A stretch of 64,000 nt of DNA from an uncultured Bacillota bacterium (GTDB lineage: Bacteria; Bacillota; Clostridia; Oscillospirales; Oscillospiraceae): assembly GCA_947383275.1 (NCBI GenBank), contig CANDCW010000002.1:19873-83872 (forward strand). The letters run 5' to 3'. Numbering within the stretch: position 1 is the first letter of the stretch; each line of letters starts with the position of its first letter. The position numbers and the translations under genes are program-made. The notes below the pieces were generated by a model. The model was not told the DNA's origin, ran no database searches, and was given only the letters and a program-made list of their open reading frames with translations. Positions 11,387 through 21,050 of this stretch are shown one piece after another.

Positions 11387-12736
11387 TTACTGCACCGGCT
11401 CGAAGTCGGAGGCGGGGCGGCGGCAGATGGGACAGACAAAATCGTCGGGGAGGGTATCGCTCTCATAGATGAAGCCGCAGATTTTACACACGAAGCCCTT
11501 GGGCTTGGGGGCCTCCTCCTGAACGGGGACGGGCTCCTGGCCCTTGACAGATGCGGCCAGAGCCTGGGCCAGGACCTCCAGCTCTGCTTCCTGGCTGGGA
11601 GCCAGGGCGGACTTGAGGGTGACGAAGGGCTCGATAATCTCCATTTCCTTCATCCCGCCCAGGATCTCCGCCATCAGCTTGCCGCTGGTGGGGGCCCAGG
11701 AGCCGTTCTGAATGAGGGCGGCTTTCCGGTTTTGCAGATTGTGGTGAGCCAGATCCCGGAGCAGGTGTTCCATGGGGTCAAAAATGCCGTTGTTGTAGGT
11801 GGGGCAGGCGAAGACGATGTGGCTGTACTTGAAGCAGTCGGCCAGCACGTAGGAGTAATGGGTGACGGATACATCGTGCATTTGAACCGGGATGCCCAGC
11901 TCGGCCAAGCGGCAGGCCAGGATATTGGCGGCGGTCTCGGTGTGGCCGTAGATGGAGGCGAAGGGGATCACCACGCCTTGGACCTCAGGCTCATAGGAGG
12001 CCCACTTGACGTACCGGTCGATGATTTGCCCAAAATTTTTGCGCCACACAGGGCCGTGGAGAGGGCAGATCATCTGGATGTCCAGCTTGGAGGCTTTGCC
12101 CAGCAGGGCCATCACCTGGGGGCCGTATTTGCCCACAATGTTGGTGTAGTACCGCCGGGCCTCGTCCAGCCAATCCCGCTCCCAGTCGATCTCATCGGCG
12201 AACAGCACGCCGTTTAGTGCGCCGAAGGAGCCAAAGCCGTCGGCGGAGAAGAGAATCTTGTCGGTGGAGTCGTAGCTGACCACGACCTCAGGCCAGTGGA
12301 CCATAGGAGCGGCCACAAAGGTGAAGTTGTGCCTGCCGGTGCACAGGGTGTCGCCCTCGCCCACCAGGATGGCCCCGGAGGGATCGGTGGCGTGGAACTG
12401 GCGGATCATATTGATGGCCTTGCCGTTGCAGACAATGCGGGCCTCGGGGTGGCGGAGAACCAGGTCACCCAGGGTGGCGGCATGGTCGGGCTCCATGTGG
12501 TGGACAAAGATATAATCCAGCTTCCGGCCGTCCAGAGCGTGCTCCAGATTCTCCATAAACTGGGTCTGGACCGCGCGGTCCGCTGTGTCAAACAGGACGG
12601 TTTTTTCGTCCAGCAGCAGGTAGGAGTTGTAGGACATCCCCCGGGGGACGGGGTGGGCGGCCTCAAAGACGGGGTGCTGGCGGTCATTGGCGCCGATCCA
12701 GATGAGGTCGTCAGTGACCTTGCGGGTACAATACAT
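11387..12736 (-). CDS. fprA: Flavodiiron protein (FprA family) with C-terminal rubredoxin domain
   Basis: HMEPDH, HWPE, SADGFG and PLHGP diiron motifs, flavodoxin domain, CKICG...CPIC tail. Confidence 0.9.
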   Translation of the reverse strand: MYCTRKVTDDLIWIGANDRQHPVFEAAHPVPRGMSYNSYLLLDEKTVLFDTADRAVQTQFMENLEHALDGRKLDYIFVHHMEPDHAATLGDLVLRHPEARIVCNGKAINMIRQFHATDPSGAILVGEGDTLCTGRHNFTFVAAPMVHWPEVVVSYDSTDKILFSADGFGSFGALNGVLFADEIDWERDWLDEARRYYTNIVGKYGPQVMALLGKASKLDIQMICPLHGPVWRKNFGQIIDRYVKWASYEPEVQGVVIPFASIYGHTETAANILACRLAELGIPVQMHDVSVTHYSYVLADCFKYSHIVFACPTYNNGIFDPMEHLLRDLAHHNLQNRKAALIQNGSWAPTSGKLMAEILGGMKEMEIIEPFVTLKSALAPSQEAELEVLAQALAASVKGQEPVPVQEEAPKPKGFVCKICGFIYESDTLPDDFVCPICRRPASDFEPVQ

Positions 12737-12912
12737 AGGAAAACCTCGCTTTCGTATCGGTATTTTATCGTTCCATAGTTTAACATATTTTTCCGGAAAT
12801 TGCGATACTTTTTTGTGCAGGGCCAAAATTTTTCTCTTTTCGCTGGAATCCGTTGAAAAAGAGGGGAGTATCCCGTATAATATTGCACGAAGATTGGAAA
12901 GGCGGGGCAAAC

Positions 12913-13650
12913 ATGTACCAGATTGATATTATGACATTATTCCCCGACGTGGTGGGAGATATGCTCTGCGAGTCGGTTTTGGGCCGAGGGCAGGAGCGGG
13001 GATACATTCGGGTGGAATGCCACCAGATTCGGGACTACACGGTCAACAAGCAGAAGCAGGTGGATGATTACCCCTACGGCGGCGGCCGGGGGGCTGTGAT
13101 GCAGGCCGATCCCCTGTTCCGCTGCTGGGAGCATATCTGCCGGGAGGCGGGGGAGCGGGTGCACACCATCTATATGTCCCCGGCGGGGAAGACCTTTAGC
13201 CAGTCCGACGCCCGGCGGCTGAGGGACGATTACCAGCGGCTGATTCTGGTTTGCGGCCACTACGAGGGGATTGACGAGCGTTTTATTGAGGAGTGCGTGG
13301 ACGAGGAAATTTCCCTGGGGGACTTCGTGATGACGGGCGGGGAGATCCCTGCCATGGCGGTGGCGGACGCTGTGTGCCGCCTGGTACCCGGGGTGCTGTC
13401 TGATCCCTCCTGTTACGAGAATGAGAGCCACTGGAACGGGATGCTGGAGGCCCCCCAGTACTCCCGGCCGGAGGTGTGGCATGGCCGGGCGGTACCGTCT
13501 GTCCTGCTGTCAGGCAACCACGCCAAGGTGGACCGGTGGCGGCGGAAAATGTCCATTTTGCGCACCCGCCGGCGCCGCCCGGACTTGTACGAAAAGCTGG
13601 ATTTGTCCTCCAGGGAGGACCAGAAGCTGCTGGAGGAGCTGGAGGAGTAA
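12913..13650 (+). CDS. trmD: tRNA (guanine-N1)-methyltransferase
   Basis: TLFP, VDDYPYGGG, CGHYEGIDER, SLGDFVMTGGE, LLSGNH. Confidence 0.97.
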   Translation: MYQIDIMTLFPDVVGDMLCESVLGRGQERGYIRVECHQIRDYTVNKQKQVDDYPYGGGRGAVMQADPLFRCWEHICREAGERVHTIYMSPAGKTFSQSDARRLRDDYQRLILVCGHYEGIDERFIEECVDEEISLGDFVMTGGEIPAMAVADAVCRLVPGVLSDPSCYENESHWNGMLEAPQYSRPEVWHGRAVPSVLLSGNHAKVDRWRRKMSILRTRRRRPDLYEKLDLSSREDQKLLEELEE

Positions 13651-13759
13651 TAGGCGGCGCTTGTGATATTTTCTACAAACCCTCTTTACATCGCCCCAAA
13701 GGTATGGTAAACTGATTGATACGATCTAATTTAAAATACCATGTCTGGAGTTGGAGCAT

Positions 13760-14593
13760 ATGAGTTTTAAAATTGTAGTGGACAGCTGCTGCGACTTAAC
13801 CCCCGCAATGCTGAAGGATCCCGTGTTTGTGAAGGTTCCCCTGACCATCCGGTCCAACGGCAGTACCTTCATAGACGATGAGACCTTCGACCAGGCTGAT
13901 CTGCTGTGGGCCATGCGCCAGAGCGAGGACGCCCCCTCCACCTCCTGTCCCTCTCCACAGGCCTATTTGGACGCATATCGAGGTGCGGACGATGTGTATG
14001 TGGTAACCCTGTCCGCCCTGCTCAGCGGCTCCCATAACAGCGCCGAACAGGCCCGCCTTCTGCTGGAAGAGGAGGAGCCGGAGGCCAACGTCCATGTGTT
14101 CAATTCCTGCTCCGCCGCAGCCGGAGAGCTGCTGGTGGCTATGGCGATCCATCGGCTGGCCGCAGCTGGAATGCCCTTCAAGCGTGTGGTTACTGAGGTA
14201 GAACAGTTTATTTACCAGATGCAGACCATGTTCGTACTGGAATCACTGGAAAACCTGCGCAAAAACGGGCGGCTTACCAAGCTTCAGGCGGTGATTACCG
14301 GAGCGCTGAAAATCAAGCTGTTCATGGGCGCCACCCCAGAGGGGGAAATCTGCAAGCTGGGCCAGGCGCTCACCATCAAGCAGGCCCTGACCAAGATGGT
14401 GGATAAAATCGCCGCCGACGCCGCCCATGTGGGCCGCACCCTGGCCATCTGCCACTGCAACTGCCTGGAGCGGGCGTTCCAGGTAAAGGCGATGGTGGAA
14501 GCCAAGTGTAAATTTGCTCATATTGTCATAACCGAGGCGGGGGGCATTACCAGCGTCTACGCCTACGATGGCGGAATTGTGATCGCCTATTGA
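13760..14593 (+). CDS. DegV family fatty-acid-binding protein
   Basis: IVVDSCCD, STSCPSP, LSALLSGS, LENLRKNGR. Confidence 0.92.
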   Translation: MSFKIVVDSCCDLTPAMLKDPVFVKVPLTIRSNGSTFIDDETFDQADLLWAMRQSEDAPSTSCPSPQAYLDAYRGADDVYVVTLSALLSGSHNSAEQARLLLEEEEPEANVHVFNSCSAAAGELLVAMAIHRLAAAGMPFKRVVTEVEQFIYQMQTMFVLESLENLRKNGRLTKLQAVITGALKIKLFMGATPEGEICKLGQALTIKQALTKMVDKIAADAAHVGRTLAICHCNCLERAFQVKAMVEAKCKFAHIVITEAGGITSVYAYDGGIVIAY

Positions 14594-14670
14594 CAAAATT
14601 CCCTATTTGCGTCCATAATGAGGGGATGGGTTAACCATCCCCTCATTATATATTATCAGGAGGAATTGGT

Positions 14671-15252
14671 ATGTCTATGAGCCGTGAGCAGGCGTGGAGC
14701 CTGCTGACAAAATACAATCAGGAACCCTTTCATCTGCGCCACGCCATTACAGTGGAACACGTTATGGGGTGGTACGCCCAGGAGCTGGGTTATGGGGACG
14801 AGGCCGGGTTCTGGTCTGTGGTGGGGCTGCTCCACGACCTGGACTTTGAGATGTGGCCTGAGGAACACTGCACCAAGTCCCAGGAGCTAATGAAGCAGGC
14901 CGGGGTGGAAGAGTCCATCATTCGAGCCACAGCCAGCCACGGCTGGGGGCTGCGGGTGGATATCAAACCGGAACACGAGATGGAGAAGGTCCTTTATGCC
15001 AGCGATGAGCTCACCGGCCTGATCGGGGCGGCGGCGCTTATGAGGCCCTCCAAGAGTGTGGCGGATATGGAGCTGAAATCCCTGAAAAAGAAGTTTAAAG
15101 ACAAGAAATTTGCCGCCGGTTGTTCCCGGGATGTCATTGCCAATGGTGCGCAGCTGTTGGGCTGGGAACTGGACAAGCTGCTGGACATGACGCTCAAGGC
15201 AATGCAGGCCGAGGAGGAGTCCATTGAGGAGGCCGTGGCGGCTTTAGAGTAA
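14671..15252 (+). CDS. HD/HDIG-domain hydrolase
   Basis: HAITVE, GLLHDLD, SHG, DELTGLI, KDKKFAAG. Confidence 0.88.
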   Translation: MSMSREQAWSLLTKYNQEPFHLRHAITVEHVMGWYAQELGYGDEAGFWSVVGLLHDLDFEMWPEEHCTKSQELMKQAGVEESIIRATASHGWGLRVDIKPEHEMEKVLYASDELTGLIGAAALMRPSKSVADMELKSLKKKFKDKKFAAGCSRDVIANGAQLLGWELDKLLDMTLKAMQAEEESIEEAVAALE

Positions 15253-15255
15253 CAG

Positions 15256-15326
15256 GACCGATTATCCCGGAAAAATGACCAGCTATCCCAAACCGCTGGA
15301 CAGGGGCAGGGGAGCGGGGCTATACT
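15256..15326 (+). promoter_or_regulatory. Promoter with LytTR-type direct repeats
   Basis: GACCGATTATCCC (15256) and GACCAGCTATCCC (15277) at a 21-bp period, then TGGACA-N18-TATACT. Confidence 0.55.
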
Positions 15327-15351
15327 GTGGCCAAGAGAGGGGGAGGCGCCT

Positions 15352-15819
15352 ATGGAGGTGGAGGTCAAGCTGGAACAGGGCCGCCAGGAACCCAAAGTGG
15401 TCATTCTGGCTGGGGAGGACAGCCCCGAGCTGCGCCATTTGGCGGACAGCCTGTCTAAACTGGCACTGGGCCCCATCCTGGTAAGCCGGGGAGAGGAGAA
15501 GCTGCTGCTGCCTCAGGGGGATTTCCTCCGGTTCTACGCCGACGGCAAGGGGGTGTCCGGCCAGACGGCAGGGGATATCTATGCTGTCCGTCTGCGGCTG
15601 TATGAGCTGGAAGAGAAGCTGGATTCCACCCGGTTTGTCCGTATCTCCAACAGTGAGATTGTCAATCTGAGCCGGGTAACGGCGGTGGATTTGTCCCTGG
15701 CGGGCACCATCTGCATGACCTTGGACGGGACGGTGCGGGCCTACGTGTCCCGGCGGCATGTGAAACGGATCAGGGAAACCCTGAGGTCGGGGAGGAGGAT
15801 TGACCATGAAACAGATTAG
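15352..15819 (+). CDS. LytTR-domain transcriptional regulator (no receiver domain)
   Basis: RLYELEEKL...FVRISNSEIVN...YVSRR. Confidence 0.9.
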   Translation: MEVEVKLEQGRQEPKVVILAGEDSPELRHLADSLSKLALGPILVSRGEEKLLLPQGDFLRFYADGKGVSGQTAGDIYAVRLRLYELEEKLDSTRFVRISNSEIVNLSRVTAVDLSLAGTICMTLDGTVRAYVSRRHVKRIRETLRSGRRIDHETD

Positions 15820-16570
15820 ATGGGACTGGATCATGCGTATTTTGGCGGGCGGCTTGTTAGGACTGGGATTCAGCGTGGTTCTGGTGTCCTATATCGTCGG
15901 GGCGCGGGGACCGTCGCCGGCGACATGCCTGCTGTGTACCGCTCTGGGGGCGGCGGTGGGGACGGCAACGCTTCCCTTTGCCGATAACGGCAGATCCCTG
16001 CTGCTGTGCTCAGCGGCTCATTTTGGGATTACCGCTGTGCTGTTTACGCTGCTGACGGCCCAGTTAGGGGCGCGAGGCGTGGAGCTGCTGGCCTGGCTGG
16101 TCATTCTGACGCTGGCGTACGCGGTTATTTGGCTGGGACGGTGGGTTGGCTGGTATGTGGAGGTGATGCAGCTGCGCACCCTGCTTGGGCTGGCCCCTGG
16201 GCCGTCGCCGCTGAAGTGGCGGGAGACGCTGCCCCATCTGGGCTTTGCCCTGCTGCTGTGCGGCGTGCTGCCGCTGCTGCTGCGGTGGGCGGACCACGCC
16301 GTGTCGGCGGATGTGCCCGTCCTGTCCGGGCTGCTGCTGCCCTATGTGCTGCTGCCGGTGGCGGGATTCTCCTCCGGGCTGTCTCTGGGCAAACGGCAGG
16401 GGGTGTGCCTGCTTTATCCCGCAGCCTGTTTTCTCTGCTATCTGCCCATGGTGTTTCTGCTGTTCAACAGCAGCGCCATGTTCCACTGCTTTATGGTGGC
16501 CGTCCCCGCCCTGGCAGGCAATGTGATGGGCTGGATGTACCGCCGGGCAGTGCCAAAAAAAGAAACATAA
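15806..16570 (+). CDS. DUF3021-like membrane protein with extra C-terminal TM domain
   Basis: About 7-8 TM helices, HF motif, YAVIW. Overlaps the LytTR gene. Confidence 0.7.
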   Translation: MKQIRWDWIMRILAGGLLGLGFSVVLVSYIVGARGPSPATCLLCTALGAAVGTATLPFADNGRSLLLCSAAHFGITAVLFTLLTAQLGARGVELLAWLVILTLAYAVIWLGRWVGWYVEVMQLRTLLGLAPGPSPLKWRETLPHLGFALLLCGVLPLLLRWADHAVSADVPVLSGLLLPYVLLPVAGFSSGLSLGKRQGVCLLYPAACFLCYLPMVFLLFNSSAMFHCFMVAVPALAGNVMGWMYRRAVPKKET

Positions 16571-16575
16571 TAGAG

Positions 16576-16607
16576 CGGGGGCCCCGCCAGCTGGCGGGGC
16601 CCTTTTG
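16576..16607. terminator. Terminator between convergent genes
   Basis: GGGCCCCGCCAG/CTGGCGGGGCCC followed by TTTT. Confidence 0.75.
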
Positions 16608-16609
16608 TG

Positions 16610-18676
16610 TCAGGACAGCTGGAACTGTCCGGTATAGAGCCGGTAGTACCGGCCTTTTTCCTCCATAAGCCCTTGATGGCTGCCTTTTTCCTCAATTTCT
16701 CCGTGCTCAATGACTACAATGCAGTTGGAGTTGCGCACGGTGGACAGGCGGTGGGCGATAACGAACACCGTCCGGCCCTCCATAAGCGCGTCCATGCCCT
16801 TTTGAATCAGAGCCTCAGTCCGGGTGTCAATGGAGGAGGTGGCTTCGTCCAGGATCATTACCGGCGGATCGGCTACTGCGGCCCGGGCAATGGCCAGCAG
16901 CTGCCGCTGGCCCTGGGATAGGTTTGCCCCGTCGCCGGTAACCATGGTCTGGTAGCCCTCGGGCAGGCGGCGGATGAAGGAGTGGGCGTTGGCGCTTCTG
17001 GCTGCGGTGATGCACTCCTCATCGGTGGCGTCCAGTCGGCCATAGCGGATGTTGTCCATGATGGTGCCGGTAAACAGGTGGGTATCCTGGAGCACTGCCC
17101 CCAGGGACCGGCGCAGGTCGTCCTTGCGGATGGCCTTCACGTCGATGCCATCGTAGGTGATAATGCCCCCCTCGATCTCATAAAAACGATTAATCAGGTT
17201 TGTGATGGTGGTTTTCCCCGCGCCGGTGGAGCCAACAAAGGCGATCTTCTGGCCTGGATCAGCGTAGACGGACACATCCTTCAAGATCCGCTTGCCGGGG
17301 ACATAGGAGAAGTCCACGTGGCTGAACCGCACTGCGCCCCGCAGCTCGGTTAGGTAAAAGTCCTCGCCGGGAACGTTTCGCACTGTGCCCCGGATAAGAT
17401 GAAGGGACATCTGCCCGTCAGGGCCAGGGTACTTCCAGGCCCAGCCGTGGCTGGCCAGCATAGCCGGGTCGGGGACGGACTCCGGGTCGGTGATTTCGGT
17501 CAGGGCCTCGTCTTTGCCAACAAAGACGGGAACCAGCTCCATGCCGTTGCCCCGGGGAGTTTTCCAAGCCCAGGTGCGGGGGTGCCCGTCGCCGGTAAAG
17601 AGGGAGAGGGTGCCGTTGGCGTCTTTCTCCGCGGCCACCAGGGTGACAGAGCCCTTGTTTTCCTCGGCGGCGGTGTCCATCACTTCGAAAATGCGCTCCG
17701 CTCCCGCCATTGCGGACAGCAGGGTGGTCATCTGCTGGGAGATCTGGTTCAGCGGCTGGCCAACCTGTTTGGAGTAGTTGAGGTAGGTGGCCAGCCCGCC
17801 CAGGTCAAAGCCCTGGAGGACGGAGAGCAGCCCGCCAAAGGCAGCGGTGAGGGCGTAGCTGACGTTCATCAGGTTGCCCGCCATAGGCATAATCATGGTG
17901 GAATAGAAGTTGGCCTGTTGGGCGGCGTCCCGGTAGGCGTTGTTCAAGTTACGGAATTTTTCCTTGGCCTGCGCCTCGTGGGTGAAAGCTTTGACCACCT
18001 TCAGGCCCTCGATGACCTCCTGAATCTCGCCGTTGACGGCGCCCAGGGCCTTTTGCTGCTTCTGGTAGAACCGGCGGCTGCGGCCGCCCATTTTTTTAAA
18101 GAGAGTCATGGTCAGCGCCAGGACTGCCAGGGTGACGAAAAACAGCTGCCAATTGATGAACAGCATCAGCGCCACCAGCCCCACAAACATCAGACAGCTG
18201 GACAGCAGGGAGACCACGCTTTGCTGGAGGGCCATCTGCACATTGTCGGCGTCGTTGGTGAAGCGGCTCATGAGCTCGCCGTGGGGGTGCCGGTCAAAGT
18301 AGGAGAGGGGCAGCTTTTGCAGGCTGTCGAACAGATCCTTGCGCAGCCGGTTAACGCCCTTCTCCGCCAGCCGGACCATGGCTGCGGACTGGCAGTAGGT
18401 TGCCAAACAGCCCAAAAGGTAGACGCCGGCCAGCTTCAGAATGGATAGGGCCAGCCCGGCAAAGTCAGTACAGCCGGACCAGATAAAATTGTTAATGATG
18501 GGCCGCATCATGTACGATCCACCCAGATTGGTTGCCACCGATGCCAGCAGGCACAGCAGTACGAAGATCAGGGGCAGCTTACTGCGGGTGAGATAGCCCA
18601 CCAGCCGCATCGCGGTTTTTTTCATGTTTTTGGGCTTTACCGGCCCGGTACGAAAGGCTTGATTGTGTCCTGGCAT
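16610..18676 (-). CDS. Heterodimeric ABC exporter subunit (TMD+NBD, consensus side)
   Basis: Six-TM domain, GSTGAGKT, LSQGQRQ, LDEATS, AHRLST. Confidence 0.93.
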   Translation of the reverse strand: MPGHNQAFRTGPVKPKNMKKTAMRLVGYLTRSKLPLIFVLLCLLASVATNLGGSYMMRPIINNFIWSGCTDFAGLALSILKLAGVYLLGCLATYCQSAAMVRLAEKGVNRLRKDLFDSLQKLPLSYFDRHPHGELMSRFTNDADNVQMALQQSVVSLLSSCLMFVGLVALMLFINWQLFFVTLAVLALTMTLFKKMGGRSRRFYQKQQKALGAVNGEIQEVIEGLKVVKAFTHEAQAKEKFRNLNNAYRDAAQQANFYSTMIMPMAGNLMNVSYALTAAFGGLLSVLQGFDLGGLATYLNYSKQVGQPLNQISQQMTTLLSAMAGAERIFEVMDTAAEENKGSVTLVAAEKDANGTLSLFTGDGHPRTWAWKTPRGNGMELVPVFVGKDEALTEITDPESVPDPAMLASHGWAWKYPGPDGQMSLHLIRGTVRNVPGEDFYLTELRGAVRFSHVDFSYVPGKRILKDVSVYADPGQKIAFVGSTGAGKTTITNLINRFYEIEGGIITYDGIDVKAIRKDDLRRSLGAVLQDTHLFTGTIMDNIRYGRLDATDEECITAARSANAHSFIRRLPEGYQTMVTGDGANLSQGQRQLLAIARAAVADPPVMILDEATSSIDTRTEALIQKGMDALMEGRTVFVIAHRLSTVRNSNCIVVIEHGEIEEKGSHQGLMEEKGRYYRLYTGQFQLS

Positions 18677-20409
18677 TATCCGCCCACCCCCTCTTTCTGA
18701 GACTGGTAAATTTCCTGGTATATTTTGTTATGGGCCAGCAGGTCGCCATGAGTCCCCCGGCCCGCAATGTGGTCGTCGTCCAAAATAAGAATCTCGTCAG
18801 CATACTGTACCGAGGAGATGCGCTGGGCGATGATAATGACGGTGGTGTCCTTGAGGTTTTTATGGAAGGACGCCCGGATAGCGGCCTCAGTGGCGGAATC
18901 TACAGCGGAGGTGGAATCGTCCAGAATGAGAATGGCCGGCTTGCGGAGCATGGCCCGGGCGATGCACAGCCGCTGCTTCTGTCCGCCGGAGACATTGGTG
19001 CCGCCTTGGGTGAGCAGGGTGTCGAAGCCGTTGGGCAGGCCCATGATAAAGTCGTAAGCCTGGGCGTCCCGCGCGGCCTGGATCATCTCCTCTTCCGTGG
19101 CGTCAGGCCGTCCCCACAGCAAATTCTCACGAATGGTGCCGGTGAACAGCACATTGGTCTGTAGCACCATGCCGATGCGGGAGCGCAGCGCCTCCAGGGG
19201 ATAGTCCCGAACGTCTACACCGTCCACCAGGACCGCGCCGCCGGTGACATCGTAGAACCGGGGGATCAGGTTGACCAGGGAGGATTTTCCTGTGCCGGTG
19301 CCCCCCACAATGGCCACAAACTGTCCCGGTTCCACGGAGAAGCTGATGTGGGACAACACGTCGTCTCCGGTACCGCCCACGGCGTACTTAAAAGAGACAT
19401 CCTGAAATTCCACATGGCCCCTGGGGGCGGGGAGGGAAGCGGTTTCTGCTCTGTCCTGAACAGAGGGCCGGGCGTCCAGCACCTCGTTGATGCGCCGGGC
19501 GCAGGCTTGGGCACGAGAGAGCTGAAGCAGAGACATCGCTACCATCATCACGCTCATGAGCACCTGCATGATGTAGGACAAAAAGGCGTTCAAGTCCCCC
19601 AGCTCAAAGGTGGCGCCCATGACCATCCGGCCGCCAAAGTAGAGCACAGCTAAAGTGGCGCCGTTCATGCAGAGCATCATGATGGGCATCATCGCAATGA
19701 CACGCATACCAACGGTGAGGCCGGCAGTCATCAACTCATCGCTGGAGCGGTTAAATTTTTCCCGCTCGTGGTCCTCCCGGACAAACGCCTTGACCACCCG
19801 GATTGCCACCAGATTTTCCTGGAGCACATTGTTCAGTCCATCGATCTTCTTCTGCATGACCTCAAAAAGCCTGGAGCAGATCCGCATCAATCCTGCGATT
19901 GCCAGAACCATCAGCGGGATGATGACCAGCAGGACCACGGCCAGCCTGGCGTTGAGGTACAAGCTGACGGCTAGAGCGGCAATGAGCATCACCGGGGCCC
20001 GGACCAGCATCCTCAGCCCCATGGCCAGCATCATGGTCATGGCGTTGACATCGTTGGTCATGCGGGTGATGAGGGAAGCGGAGGAGAAGCGGTCGATGTC
20101 GGCGAAGGAAAACTCCTGCACCTTGTCAAACAGGCACTGGCGCAGGTTACCGCCGAAGCCTTGGCTGGCAAAAGCGGCATATTTGGCCGCCAGCACGCCG
20201 CAGGCCATGGAGAGGGCCGACAGCGCCAGCATCGCCGCCCCCAGCAAGAAGATATAGCCAGTGTCCCCCGAGGGGATGGCCACGTCCACAATCTCCGCCA
20301 TAACCAGGGGGAGAAGCAGCTCGCAGATAACCTCCAGAATGATGAGAACAGGGGATTTTATGGCGTCCTTTTTATAACCCTCCAAATGGGTCAGGAATAG
20401 GGAAAGCAA
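18676..20409 (-). CDS. Heterodimeric ABC exporter subunit (TMD+NBD, degenerate side)
   Basis: GGTGTGKS, VSGGQKQR, degenerate LDDSTS and AQRISS. Confidence 0.93.
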   Translation of the reverse strand: MLSLFLTHLEGYKKDAIKSPVLIILEVICELLLPLVMAEIVDVAIPSGDTGYIFLLGAAMLALSALSMACGVLAAKYAAFASQGFGGNLRQCLFDKVQEFSFADIDRFSSASLITRMTNDVNAMTMMLAMGLRMLVRAPVMLIAALAVSLYLNARLAVVLLVIIPLMVLAIAGLMRICSRLFEVMQKKIDGLNNVLQENLVAIRVVKAFVREDHEREKFNRSSDELMTAGLTVGMRVIAMMPIMMLCMNGATLAVLYFGGRMVMGATFELGDLNAFLSYIMQVLMSVMMVAMSLLQLSRAQACARRINEVLDARPSVQDRAETASLPAPRGHVEFQDVSFKYAVGGTGDDVLSHISFSVEPGQFVAIVGGTGTGKSSLVNLIPRFYDVTGGAVLVDGVDVRDYPLEALRSRIGMVLQTNVLFTGTIRENLLWGRPDATEEEMIQAARDAQAYDFIMGLPNGFDTLLTQGGTNVSGGQKQRLCIARAMLRKPAILILDDSTSAVDSATEAAIRASFHKNLKDTTVIIIAQRISSVQYADEILILDDDHIAGRGTHGDLLAHNKIYQEIYQSQKEGVGG

Positions 20410-20437
20410 GGTAAGATCACTCCTTTTTGTTGGAATT

Positions 20438-20884
20438 TCAGGTGGTGAGGTTGTTCAGCATTTTCCTCATAAATTCCATCAGCTGATTGTACTCCTCTTC
20501 TGTAAAACCGGCCATCATCCGGGCGGACACCCGCTGAAAGACGGCCCGGCAGCCCTCCACCGCGCCGGTTCCCTTTTCGGTGAGCAGCACCCGGTTGCGC
20601 CGGGCATCCTTCTGCCAGGGCTCCCGGCGGATATAGCCGTCCCGCTCCAGGCACTTGAGGGAATTGGCAATGGCGGCGGGGGAGACGTGGAGCAGGTCGG
20701 CAAGCTCCCGCTGAGCCTGACATTGCCCCTCCGGGCCCTCCTCTGCGGACTGGAGAATAGATACCAGCATAGGGTGGCCGACCTCGCCCAGCCCGGCGGC
20801 GTTCAGCTCCGCTTGAATGGCGGCACGATGGGCCTGGTTAAATTGACGGGACAGCAGATCCATCTCGTGAAAAGCGTCTTTCAC
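20438..20884 (-). CDS. MarR family regulator
   Basis: QRELADLLHVSPAAI HTH, LERDGYI, DARRN..LLTEKG. Confidence 0.92.
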   Translation of the reverse strand: MKDAFHEMDLLSRQFNQAHRAAIQAELNAAGLGEVGHPMLVSILQSAEEGPEGQCQAQRELADLLHVSPAAIANSLKCLERDGYIRREPWQKDARRNRVLLTEKGTGAVEGCRAVFQRVSARMMAGFTEEEYNQLMEFMRKMLNNLTT

Positions 20885-20908
20885 GAGGAAAACCTCCTTT
20901 CAAAAATT

Positions 20909-20967
20909 AGTTAACCCATTAATGATTAACTTGTTGATTATTTTACTCGGGCGGGAAATATTGTCAA
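20909..20967 (-). promoter_or_regulatory. SigmaA promoter and probable MarR operator
   Basis: Minus strand TTGACA-N16-TAAAAT. AGTTAA...TTAACT dyad at 20909-20931 lies downstream of the -10. Confidence 0.55.
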
Positions 20968-21050
20968 GCGCTTTTGGCAAGGTTCAAAAAATGTTTACAG
21001 ATAGAGCCCTTGACGCGGTCCGCAGAAAAACTCCCGAAAGGAACACGGGC

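Noticed and set aside
12913..13650. trmD outside the rpsP-rimM-trmD-rplS operon
   Set aside because: True, but dispersal of this operon is not rare and no mobility signature is visible.
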